A DNA stretch of 59,936 nt, filler included, from Jimgerdemannia flammicorona (taxonomy: Eukaryota): NCBI GenBank assembly GCA_003990765.1. It is 2 parts of 2 records of this genome, joined end to end, with 100 filler letters (N's around TTAATTAATTAA, not from the genome) between each part and the next. Parts side by side here need not be neighbours in the genome. Positions count along the whole stretch, not along the records: positions 30,030 to 59,936 come from RBNJ01000463.1; 1 more part is not named here. The stretch is one strand, 5' to 3'. The notes under the pieces are model-generated. The model made no database searches, was not told the origin of the DNA, and worked only from the letters and a program-made list of their open reading frames with translations. Every line of letters begins with the position of its first letter. Positions within the stretch are counted from its first letter, which is position 1. The translations under genes were made by a program, and so were the position numbers. Shown piece by piece: positions 48,158 to 59,936 of the stretch.

Positions 48158-51100
48158 TGCGAATCTCAGAATGCCCTCGTTGGTGGAACTTCAAGTGGGA
48201 ATTGGTATTAATTTCATGTATCTGGCATGGGAAAGTTTAGCGGCTCTATGCAGGTTAGAGAAGGACGTACATTGGGTCGGTGTTCGGCATGAGCGGGAAA
48301 AGCCTTGACGGCTGGTTTCAAAGATTGGAGTAGTGGGAGGGTATTGCCTTCGAGCAAATGTGATTGAATTTTTAGTGAGAACGAGGATCATGCTGGTCTT
48401 TTATTCGTTTCGTTTGGCAGGTCGCTTGCAGTACTTATTTCTGACATGCTGGGGCAGGCATTGATCTGCATAGGCTCCTTCATGCATGCCATGCGGCATC
48501 GTGGACGTTGGCTAAACGTAGGATACGAGAGGTTTCGACGGCTGCTTGTGTAGCATTTCGTTCATATCGTTCCATACATGCTGGCGATGTGCTCATAGAC
48601 TATTGGAATGTATTAAAGAGTCATACGCTACAGCCAATGCCTAATCGATTCTCCTGCATGTTCATCAGGGTTGGGTGGTACGAGGGTGCAAGGGAGATCC
48701 TACCGTTTCAGGGCTTCAACATTAAGAGTACGTGGCGCATGCAAGGGTGATCGCGTACGTCCGTGCGTGCACAACCAAGTGCCGGATCCCCGGTTCTGGA
48801 CTTCCCTGCAGGTCAGTAGGTTAGAATTGTCTTCTTGAAGAATTGCGCCGATGGCGGTCGTTCGCTCTCCCTCTGACTTCTAAAGTCGAGCGGGTTCGTA
48901 ATTTGATCGCTGCTAATAACCTTGTCCGCAGGGTCGCAGGGGGCATAATGTAGAACATATGTAGAAGAAAAATATAAACAGTTTGGTGATCGTGACCGCA
49001 TTTCCTTTATGACGATGTCACACACAAGCAAGATGGTCGCTCAATGAAGAGACGTCAACTCCCGAAATGAGATTTCGGGCACAAATTGAGGGTCATGAAG
49101 AGCCTGTCATCAATTTCGCCAAAGAATAAATGGGAATTAAAAGGGGTGATACGGCCAAAAATAGTACCCTTCGTGAAATCGACCACGAGGTTACGCATGA
49201 CCACCATTAATTTAATGTTACTCAGCTCGAGGCCGGGGGAAATCCCTAGTGTTTGGTGGCGCCTATTGATACTTTAGATTCTATTAAGAATAAAATCCTG
49301 AGTGTCAGGGAGCTTCAATCTTAAAAATTGGAACGTAAAAAAAAAAAAAAGAGAGAGACTTTCATTCCCTGATAGAGTAACAGAGTAACATTACTCCTGA
49401 ATTTCGGTGTTAGGCATCACTTTGGTTTTATTAATTTTACATGGCTCATCTCGCGAAACCCAGTGTATGGCGGCGAACCTGTAACTACAGCAACAATCAT
49501 AGGGAGCCAGGCCGCGAGCAGTGACTGTTGCCAAGGTTATCTGCTCTTTTGAATTTAGATCCCTTCCGTCATTTGCTTTAGTTGTTACATCTAATATGCA
49601 AACGGTGCACGGCCTAACTGGAAGACAGTTTTTTTTTTTTTAGCCTCGGTTAAGACGCGTGCTTCAGTGGATACCTCGTTTCTGCATTTAATAGTTGAGC
49701 AAACAGGATTAGTCGAGGGTCATTACGTATGTATGGAGGCCATGGGTCTTAACAATCCGCCCGAAATTATGTGGCCCTGCAAAATAATTAATAATAAACC
49801 CCTGGTTTCGACCACGCCATTTCGCGTACACGTCATATACGTCACAGGCACGAGTTTCAACAACGCACATGGCGAGCAGGCCTTTTTAATTCAAGTCGCT
49901 CACATTGAATGCACACGCTCGAATGGTATGCTCGGAGATTTCCATGATGATCACGCTTTATACGCCCTTAGGCTTGGTGACAACAATATTGGATGTAGCC
50001 TCCTCTCTATTTCCTTTTCCTTTTTTCTTTTCCTTTTGAAACACTTACAACTCGTTGCTCTATCTCAAAAATTTCGGGACCGTCACACATGTTTGTCCAC
50101 CGTCCATTTCCTTAGTTGAACAGATTATTCTGTCTTGTTACTGGCTATATGCAGTCACTTTCGTCGTGAACTCGCAGTCTTGCTTGTTTCGAGTTTTCGC
50201 AAGTCGATTAACATATATCGAACCGTGAGAATACGCGCACTGCCACAAACCCTTCTCGGAACCCACGATTCCGCGGCCAGTAGTGAGAGACCTTTGATCC
50301 GTTTGAAGCTGTTGTCGTGCAAAATGTCATTCGAAACGCAGCGAACGCACTAAGTGTGGCTTGGGCTTTGATGTTTTAAGTTACACACAGAAGTTGATCG
50401 TTAATAGGGGTCTGAAATTGTTGGATCTAGGGCGACGCTTTTGTTAAGTAATTTCCTACTTAAAGCGTCGTAGGGAGTCTGAAGGACGACGCGACTATCG
50501 TGCGTGGATTCCTTGGATAATCTAGTTTTTCTTATGAATACACGCCAATTTCAATAATTCGAAGACTGATTTCAAACGTCCGCTATTTATACTAACTAAT
50601 GCTAAGGATATGTAAGCGTTTCCCACGTAAGCCCGCGTAGAAACCTCCAGACACCTCTTCCGAGGGTCACGCTATCCGAAACCCCTCTACGCACGCCAAA
50701 TAAGCGCGTAGACTTCCCGATCGTCGTTCCACAAGACTTCGATTTTGGAGCACGTGCCCTTATATGAAAATTTGTATTAGAACAATTCCAGTGAACTATA
50801 TATTACATCCTTAGTACTATAGGTACTCTAGATTGAAAAATGAACAAGCATATGAACGATGGTGAAGGTGGATGTTTGACAATATTGAAATTCATTGTCC
50901 GCAATGCAGGCGAAGCGTGTTTATTTGTTTATGTGACGTTGGATTGCCTGCTACTACGTCAGGCGTCCAATAGTTAGAGTGGGAAAAAATAAATAGCTTT
51001 TCTTCTTTAAATGTTCGTGTTTTGGACATGGGTTTGGCCTTTGCACAACGGAAGAAAACCAATCCACAAACAATAGCCCCGGTACGGGCAATGCACGCAT

Positions 51101-53413
51101 CACATTGGCATCCAGATTTCCGGCAAGCGGACCGGCATGTCGAGGCCGTTTTAATCGGAGATGTTACAAATTTCCAGATGATATATGGTTTTGCAAAGGA
51201 ATATCAAGCTGTCGATATTTCCCAACGTCAGTCTTCTTCACGGTTATTGAGTGCGATTTAAAAGAGGCGGTCAACCGGATCTTTTATAATAGCCTCTTTA
51301 CTCACTCATTTACGCCACCGCAGTATTCAATCTCCGGTACAGCATGCCGGCGTCACACGACTATGATTATTTATTCGTGTTGCAACAGCCCAACAACATG
51401 GATCGCCGGTGAAACTCTTTAGGTTCGCATTTGAAGATAAAAAGGAAAACACCAAAGCCCCCAGGCGTGAGAATCGCTGCTTCAGTCGGTAACAACCGCG
51501 GGGCGTCGCTTAAAAGACGACACTCTCGTCAGCATTGTTGATGGAATCGAGCAACAAATGTGGTACAGTTCATGTAATACTGCATCGTAACAACTGTAAG
51601 GGGTATTTCAGCGTCCCATGATCACCCATAAGAAGGGCCTGGTCACCAGTTCTCGCGGTCTTGTGAATATTTCGATCCGATTTCACCTCAAGGCGCTTGG
51701 TTATTACCTAAGAGTTAGTCATATGAGCGGGGAACACAAAATCACGCGAACCATGGGAAATATCGTTGTTCGTGTTGTAATATTCGTCACAAGAAGCAAC
51801 ATTATCACAATAATTAGCGAAATATCGCATGTGAAGTGTGTATGTGTATATATATATAACTTTGGGGTTTTCAAATGCCCCGATAGCCTCCACCCTCCAT
51901 GACGAAGAATGTATAGCCAAGGTTTGCCATACAAGGTGAGTCGAAAATATAGGGATGAGTATTGATGGTTGATCATTTAATGACTGACAATATGCGATGC
52001 AATGATTGGAACACTCGTGTTTTGTTTGAGACAGCCAGCAAGTGTTTTTCACTGCCACATATACTTCAATATATTATTGGGAGTAAACGATTTAAACGAT
52101 TTGAGTGTCAAAGCCAATCATGTCTATCCATGATTAGTTTACTTCAAGTTTGCCGGAAACCTGATAGAAAGGGCAAAACAGCGCCAATGCCACGTGTGAG
52201 ACAAGCAAGGGGAGAAAAATTCAGTGTTGGTAGACGCAACTGTGAGCTGGGCTTTATTGATGACAGAAATTAAGCGGTATTATTATTATTATTATTATTA
52301 TTATGGCTATTTCGCATCGAAAGACTCTTGCTTCTCTCTCGATTTTTTAATTTCAGCGTATTTTTCAAGATTTGAATTTCCTATCTTGACGTGATGCGTG
52401 GGGGAGGCCATTGGGATTTGGTGATGTTGTGACTTTAGACATCTCCAGCTAAATATGGGGTTTTAATTTGTTTCGGTTAAATATTTAACTCCGCTTAGAA
52501 GCAAACGTTTTCTGATTTCTATTAAAACAACGGTGAATGTGTAATAATATCCTATTATTGACGATACTTCATAGTTGGTGTTGGAGCTATGACTATTTAC
52601 AGGGATATTTCTCATCTTTTGCGTCTTTGGAGATTCGCTTGGACTCGATTGGGTTTCATCGTCTAATTAGCTTTTCGTATCCCAGCACGCCATGAATGCA
52701 ACCGACATCTCTTTATTTTACGACATATGATCTCTCTATTCTCTGAAAAAATTTCTTCTTCCAACATACGAAACATACCCCACGAATACCATCTTCCCGC
52801 CCAGCGTCCACTTCATTTCTCCCGCAAGCTAATGCACTCATGACTGTATTTTTCTCGTATTTTTGTACGATTTGTGGGGTTCGAGTTAGTGAGCTTTCAA
52901 TAGGTTAGAGAAGCGTGGATACTGCAATTAACCAAATACATCCTTCTCAAAAGAGCACATGGATGTCTGAACAATACATTCGATCTGCCATTCAAGATCC
53001 TGTTATTGAGCGGTTTGAAAAAAACCAACAAACAAACGTGTGTCTTCGACCACGTCCCGCCGCTAAGCACAATACAAATAATTGGCGCGACTCCATCGTA
53101 CAGAAGATTAAAACACTTTAGAGCAAAGTTCGTCCCGAGATTAATTATACTGGCTTAAGATTTAATTATTTATTTGCCCATATTATTTAAAATATCAAAA
53201 AAGTGCATAACATAAAAATTGCAATGTAAAACGCATTGCGTCCCTACTATGGAAAAGGAGATCATATGCCTAGATAACATTATATACATTACATAGCCTA
53301 TATAAAATTGGAAAAGCCCCCAACTCATAAATTATTTCTTAAGAAAGACACCATACTCTTCGATGCTCATAGACGTCCCTGAATTCCGCATTCCGCAGCC
53401 GCCACTGCTGATT

Positions 53414-54229
53414 CTATGCGTAAGAGCAGTGCTTCCTTCTTTCAATGCACGATCCACATGGCTGTTTGCCGTCGCACTTGCTGTGCGACTGGCGACACTG
53501 CATGCACGATTTCTTCGTTCGGCCACCTTCCGTCGGACGCCGAAGACGCTTCCCTGGCTGGCCATCGTTCATAACCCACTGGAAGGAAGGATTGGCTTGT
53601 TTAGCACTGTTTGTACGGTTTGTATGGGTAAGCCTCTTTTTCCCGGCTTGGGCTAGGCTGCTCTTGGTCTGTCGGGCTGCGGCTAGTTGAAGTGATGACG
53701 TAACGTAGCCATTAACTTCAGGTCTATTCGGAAGAATGTGAAGATCTTCGAACCCCAGAAAAGAGCTTTGGTTGTATGCAACGGGCTGAAATGCATCGAT
53801 AACATCCGGAATGCTTTCGAAGTCTAGCGAATAGGATTGGTCGTACAAAAGCTGACGTGTGTCGGGAGGATTTTGAAGGCCTTCGATGCCCGTTGAGGAG
53901 TGTTGGTCGCATGCAGGCAGATCGAGCACATTGGCGAGAAAATTCCGGTGGTGGACGGGGAAATGCTGAAGCTCTTTGCAGACCGGCGAAGAGCATTGGC
54001 CGTACCCAGACGGATGCAATGCGTCGGCGGGAGGATTCCGAGGGCTTTCGAAGCCCGGCGAAGAGCATTGATCGTACCCAGACGGATGCAATGCGTCGGC
54101 GGGAAGATATTCGCCCAAAAATGGCGGAACTGCGTCGACGGGAGAATTTTGATGCAATACGTCGGCGGCAGAACTCCGAGGATCTCCGAAGCCTGGCGAA
54201 AAGTCTTGCTCGCACATAGGCAACTGCAA
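53414..54229 (-). CDS. Zn2Cys6 transcription factor paralog 4 (~267-271 aa; start uncertain, first ATG at 54217)
   Basis: C-terminal FQWVMNDGQPGKRLRRPTEGGRTKKSCMQCRQSHSKCDGKQPCGSCIERRKHCSYA*. Acidic/Pro-rich repetitive N-terminus. Confidence 0.9.
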   Translation of the reverse strand: MQLPMCEQDFSPGFGDPRSSAADVLHQNSPVDAVPPFLGEYLPADALHPSGYDQCSSPGFESPRNPPADALHPSGYGQCSSPVCKELQHFPVHHRNFLANVLDLPACDQHSSTGIEGLQNPPDTRQLLYDQSYSLDFESIPDVIDAFQPVAYNQSSFLGFEDLHILPNRPEVNGYVTSSLQLAAARQTKSSLAQAGKKRLTHTNRTNSAKQANPSFQWVMNDGQPGKRLRRPTEGGRTKKSCMQCRQSHSKCDGKQPCGSCIERRKHCSYA

Positions 54230-56045
54230 TGCGTCTGTGGGATTACTTGGCGCCGCAGACCTATTGCCGAAGACAGAACCATTATCGGGGATGGTTTGCC
54301 TTGTTGACCTTGTTAACGTGGAATTTGGACAGTTTCAATGTTATGAGTATTACGGGTTTTATACAACGTGGGGTCTTGATATATATATTTTAGAGAGGGT
54401 TACCTGGGCTCTTGGGCTGCACTGTACCATAGATCGATCATGATAAGTATTTAGACGCGAGAGAAATTAAGATTAAGCGGATATATAAATAGTGGTGATT
54501 TAATGTTTGCCGTCTTAGGTCGGTGTTGTAGGTCGGCCACAAATTATAAAACAATCAGAACCTGGTTCGAGGGGTATTTCAACTTTCGGTTCCCTTATAT
54601 CAAGAACTTGGCTCGTTATCCATGTCACGCACGGTGGATCACGGCGCTACTGTGCGATGACCGAGAAGATCCGATTGTATGTAAAACGTTGTGATGTACC
54701 CGTAACATCGTTAAGTGGTGGCTGCGCGGGGTCATTGCCACTCCACGGCTTGGAGAACAACCTATTCCAAAGGGGTTAATGTTGCGCGTGCACATGCATG
54801 TGACCCAATCCATGATATCAAACGTTGCATATATCAGCCAATGCTGCTCACAGGAATGCATATGTCACGGCAACCTATCCATTTCTCACGGCAATATTAA
54901 GTTCAATAAGGAAATACATTTCGAAGAAAGATACCCCCCAAACTTGTGATATATCAGGAACGACGACATGCTCCGCAATAAGGTTGGACAAGAGATGACA
55001 GGATCGACAAGTGGTGTTCCATATTTCAGCGGTCATAAAGTATGATCACACTAGACAATCCTTCTAAGATCTGTACGAAACATTTTTGAGTTTCCTCAGT
55101 CATATAACTACGTAATGATATCGCCATACTTTGCTCGCCATCGTACGCAGTTGTCCACAGAAATTATTATGACGGTATCATATTGACGAAGATTTACTAT
55201 GGTAAAGAAATGAAGATAACCGTCTAGATGGCTTTGATCCCTAGAAGACTTAATTGAGACATTGTTGACGTCCTTCCATTTAATTACCTTCAGCAACATT
55301 TTTTTTAGGGATTTTCAGGGTCTATTTCCTTTTTCTTCTTAAAATCCGTATAAGAATTGGGTCGCGTGTATGATCTAATGACCTTTAAGTCGGGGGATAT
55401 CTCTAAGTTAATGGATGGAACACCGCGATCAATGTCGGATCCCGACACAGATGCATTTGATGCCGATCCTAATAAAGTGACGAGCGGGCGATCGCATTAG
55501 GCAATTACATTTGAAAAAAAGGGCAACAAGCTCGGCATGCGGAGTTTCATAATTTAACGCTAACTAGCCACAACTGTATTTTCCCACTGCGGCTCTCGAC
55601 GCCCAATACGTACTGGTCTAGCATGACGATTTTAGGCATTCCGACATTTATAATCCTCCGAACGTCAAATGTGAAGGTAGCAACCGAAAGACCGTCCTAC
55701 CCACCCCTCAGGCGTATACCTAAAAAAGTGACACTCAAGGATAGGGAAGCAGAATTATGCATCGGGTGTGGGCGACATTGCCATTCATTGGTCCAAGGAT
55801 GTCCCAATGCACCCTCCCTTGGTGGGGCAGCTCTCGCACGCTTCCATTGTGTAGCGCCGCGGCATAGCTGATCGCATTCATGCGTACGCTTGAATTTTGA
55901 GCCATGGGGCCACTCCACTGCCACTCTGTCTCACACGTGCAATGTGCTCTGCGAGGGAAGAACTCTCGGCGATCTATCTCCTTGCCTTCGACATCAATAA
56001 GACCATAACTTAAATGTTGACGACGGATCCATCCTCCATACTATC

Positions 56046-56089
<44 letters not shown>

Positions 56090-56878
56090 TTTATTTTATT
56101 CTATTTTTAGGTGCCTGTTGCCTCCATTCCTTGCCAGCAAGTCGCAGCCGTCATCGTCCCTTGGCCATGCTGTTCGCTCAATCTTATAGTTCCTAGGCTC
56201 TGACTAAAAAAAATTCACGTTGCTCATGGTCTTTTGTTGGCCTTTCGAGGCTCAATATTTGTCCCATACTAATCAGATAAATAATAACATGGCTAGATAA
56301 TATGGCTGGTAGGTAAGCGTATACGCTTACATACCAGCTCGTTCGCGCCAACTTGTTTATTGCGTTCATCTTTGGACAAATAAATTTCCATTCATTTCCT
56401 TTCATTTCTTAGCAAGTTCAATGAAAATGAAGTTTCGGGTGCACGACCTTGTTGCGCTTTGAATATTCGGACATACGTGTCTGTAGCAGACAACTCCGCA
56501 AGGATAATTTACCCTTCACACATATGGCAAAAGCAAACCCCGACAATTTGACACCGAGATTGTTTGTTTGTTTACGTGATGACCTACCGCACGGGGTAAA
56601 TTGTCCGAGTAAGCCGTTCAAATACGAAGACTACCATTATCTTGTATTTGAATCGATTTATTTACAAGATATATCCCTATTAGTTCTGTTCGAAATCTGG
56701 TGAAAACTACAATATTGGCGTGCAGTTTACGAGTTGCTACAACATCCCCTATAGAGCCATTCCCCGCAATGTTGAACTACGCCGATCGTTTTCCTAAATG
56801 CCTCTGTTGTGGCCACGCGCTTGACTCTGCATTGGAACCACCAATCAGGTCGCGTTGTTGACGACAATGGCCCGCACT

Positions 56879-56913
<35 letters not shown>

Positions 56914-58229
56914 TAGCCACCACGAGTCTAGCACACTGTTCTAGGCAAAAACGCCATCAATCAACGATGTGACTTAACCCCGTCGCTTTGGGCCTCGTAG
57001 ATACGGCACCAGTGGGGCTAGAATATTTGTTCCAAGCGCAAGGAAACCGACTATAACGAGTCAGATAAGGCGTTCATTTGACATGGGTACGCCGTCACTA
57101 CTATTTTATCGGGTTGTTTACGAAGCCTCCGAGAGGGTCTTTAGCGGCTCCAAGGTTGATGGAAAATCAACATAATATACTGCATATTACATCGTCTTGA
57201 ACTCTGAAGCCAGCTCCACCACGTGTGGTGTGCTTGACAGTGGCTAAATTGCAGAAAACTCACAAGAATTAAGCTCCGATCAGGGGATGGGCTGAGTGAG
57301 CGTATACCCCAAGATTCAATTAGGAACATCGCCAACCTTACGTAACTGTATCGACAACGTCTGCGGGTGAAACATCCGCATGAATAGTTGAACTCGGGTC
57401 CCTGCCAAGGCCACGAAATATGGGACGAGCAAATATCGCGTGCAAACCACCTCAACCGGACATTATATACGTCAGTGGCTAGCGAAATGATTATTAAAGT
57501 AACGTCGGCTACATAACTCTTATCGAAAAGAGAACTCAATGTAATACAGCGTCGTATCATCTTTTGGGAAGTGGTTGTTATGGTTATACAGGAGTCGCTT
57601 TTGGAAATATAGGTCATTTGATATTGGCAGCCGAATTCGAGTGTGCCATCACCTCATCACCTTTCACGTTCATGTCCCCGCAGCAAGATCCGCAAACCGC
57701 CCACGCTCGAGCCGGGTGTTCTTCACGTTCACATACGCCGGGCTACATCCTTAGGAGGGTGGTAACGATCTTGGGTGTCATCCATTCGATTGAAGGACGG
57801 TAACGCGAAATAACATCTAGAAAGCAATACGAAAAACCAAGTGCCAAACCAGGCATTGGCAATCTTACATTTAGCCGTTCTGTGAACTCATGTTCTTATC
57901 ATGCTTCCAGCTTGATCTATTTTAATCTCCAATTTTGGCTCCCATCCACTCCTCGTTTCCTTGTTTCACTCAAAATATTCCTCGCAAAGGGATTCAACTA
58001 TGACGAAAAGGACTTGTCACGCAACGACAACTCGAGGTGCACGGCTTCCCGAGTGAGGGAGAGGTCGGGGTCGTGCGCAGTATTGTAAAATATTGTAGGT
58101 CATACTGGCGAAGAGCGGCACTTTATTGAGCGTAACTGATTTTAGTGACGTAGACATTGATGACGTTTACATAAGACACATAAGCCACAAATAATGACGT
58201 AATATAAATATAAAATAAACATCCCGCTC

Positions 58230-59936
58230 CAGAATAATCCAAATAAAAAAACCCCCCCAAAGTAACTGATAAGCAGAAAATGCAGATAAATTCAAAAATA
58301 TAAAGCCTTATATCTGGAGACTTTTCACAGTTTTAAAAGTTACATTTAGTACTTAGAATGATAAAATATGTTAAAAAAGATTATTAAGTATTAATAAGAG
58401 ATATATAGTTAAAATTTTGCCTTCAGAAGAGGCTTCATCATTGCCTCAGCAGCTATTTCATTTATAAAGAGATACTTTAAATATATAGAACTATTTTCAA
58501 TATATAGATTCTTTATTAGAATAATTATTAATCTATTATAAAAAAAATATTTAGTTCTAGATATATTTATTAAAAAACTATAAACTTCAGAGATCTATTT
58601 ACAAGAGCATATTATAAACTCAAACTATATTTTACAGATATAAACTTATATATATAGATATAAACTTTATAACTTAAACTATTTTTATCTATATAAACTT
58701 TATTATAAAACATTTTCAGTTTATAAAAGATCTATAAACTCTAGAGTATATTTATAGAAATATATTATATATAAACTAGCTCATTTCTCCACTACCTTAC
58801 CAGTCACAAGATTTGGTAGACAACCTTCTGAGTTCTCTTTCCTCTATTATTACCCTCTTTATCTTAGATTGGTTTACTGTATCTATGAGAGCATAGTAGA
58901 AGAGAGACCATAGTGATGAGTTATCTCTTTATTAGTTTTAGATCAGTGTCTTCTCCACTTTTTTCACAGTTTCTGATATCTTCAGCTATATCTAGAGTGT
59001 ACTTGTTTTGGTATAGTATCTTCTTCCTTTTGCCATTATCAATAAGATATTATCTGGTATTTTATGGACTATATATAGAGTTAGTCAATTATAGATATTA
59101 AGTGCTAGTATAGATTATCTATAAGTCTCTGATATCTATGGTGAGGCTCTCTGAGCTTTGGTGAGCTTCCTGGTAAGTATAGTTCTAATATAGATAACTG
59201 TTTTTCAGATAGTTGAGATGAGAGAAGAGATGGCCATTACAGATAAGTAGAAGAGTGATTATAGTGGACCAGTAGAGTATCAGACTGAGGGTAGTTATTG
59301 GGGCTAGAGTGAGTACTACATCAGTGGGGCCTTTTGATTGGTACAGAGTAGTTAGGTAGTAGGTATTACTCTCAGCAGCTTTTGGTGATTTATGGGGTTA
59401 GGTCTTAGTCATTGAGAGTAGTTGGAGGACCCAAGGCTACTCAGATTAGATATCTTAGCTACACTTAACTAGAATTAGGAGCTGATATAATAATATAATT
59501 GAGGCCTATAGACTTGAGTAGTGAGATATTGAGAGTCTCCTCTCATCTTATGTATAAGTTCTCTACTCATCTCATTGGAGAGAATTAGGTCCTGTCTACT
59601 ATTTTATACTTTGAGGAAGATTTTTCTTTATCTGTCACTCTCCTTAGAATAGTAGAAACTATATAAATTAGCTTGGGTATGGTCTTATATATATGTTGGA
59701 ATTTCAGGTATATATCTAAAAGTATATATTAATTACTCTCTGGTGGTATAAAGAGTATAGTATATAGAATAAGATATGGGCAATTTTACTCTACTGTGTC
59801 TGATATGGTCAAGCTGTTGGACAATAGTTAGCCTAGATTTAATAGAGATATAGTGCTCAGTGGGTGGTGGGGGAGAGTTTTGGCCTATATAGTTCTGGTT
59901 CTCTTCCAATAAAATTCATGGAACTTCAGGTCTATA
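58230..59936 (-). mobile_element. Decayed CpG-free repeat, probably the 3' part of a LINE ORF2 plus a TATAAACT-type low-complexity tract
   Basis: No CpG seen after ~58225. TA-rich. Weak post-RT-like remnants on the minus strand (~59530-59710). Classification tentative. Confidence 0.45.

Noticed and set aside
48500..53300. Possible fifth TF paralog or other gene between paralogs 3 and 4
   Set aside because: No CxxCx6C pattern or credible exon chain found; the ORFs are short and nondescript.
56047..56200. Long T tract as another truncated retroposon tail
   Set aside because: No TSD found and no match to the LINE 3' ends in this window. The same applies to the A tract at 56880-56911.
57564..57803. 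LGSGCYG as a kinase glycine-rich loop
   Set aside because: No downstream VAxK, HRD or DFG motifs.

Overview
Eukaryotic fungal genomic DNA. The adenylate cyclase sequence and intron style suggest an early-diverging, Mucoromycota-like fungus (inference). The window has two halves joined by a 100-nt N gap that contains an artificial TTAATTAATTAA linker (29930-30029). The left half is a nest of transposons that are almost CpG-free and riddled with transitions: a decayed Ty3/Gypsy gag-pro, a foldback hAT-type MITE with an 8-bp TSD, a solo LTR with a 5-bp TSD, two LINE remnants, and a chromodomain Ty3/Gypsy element carrying a dUTPase between Gag and protease. Two CpG-retaining islands sit inside the nest: a truncated GID4/VID24-like pseudogene, and a 2.3-kb TG...CA element with a 4-bp TSD that carries two ORFs joined by a TAATG overlap. 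The right half holds a 5'-incomplete fungal adenylate cyclase gene, tRNA-Ser(AGA), an orphan ORF, a co-oriented array of four small paralogous genes with a C-terminal Zn2Cys6 domain, a triplicated ~197-bp unit, and another decayed repeat at the end. All calls were made by eye; no database search was run.
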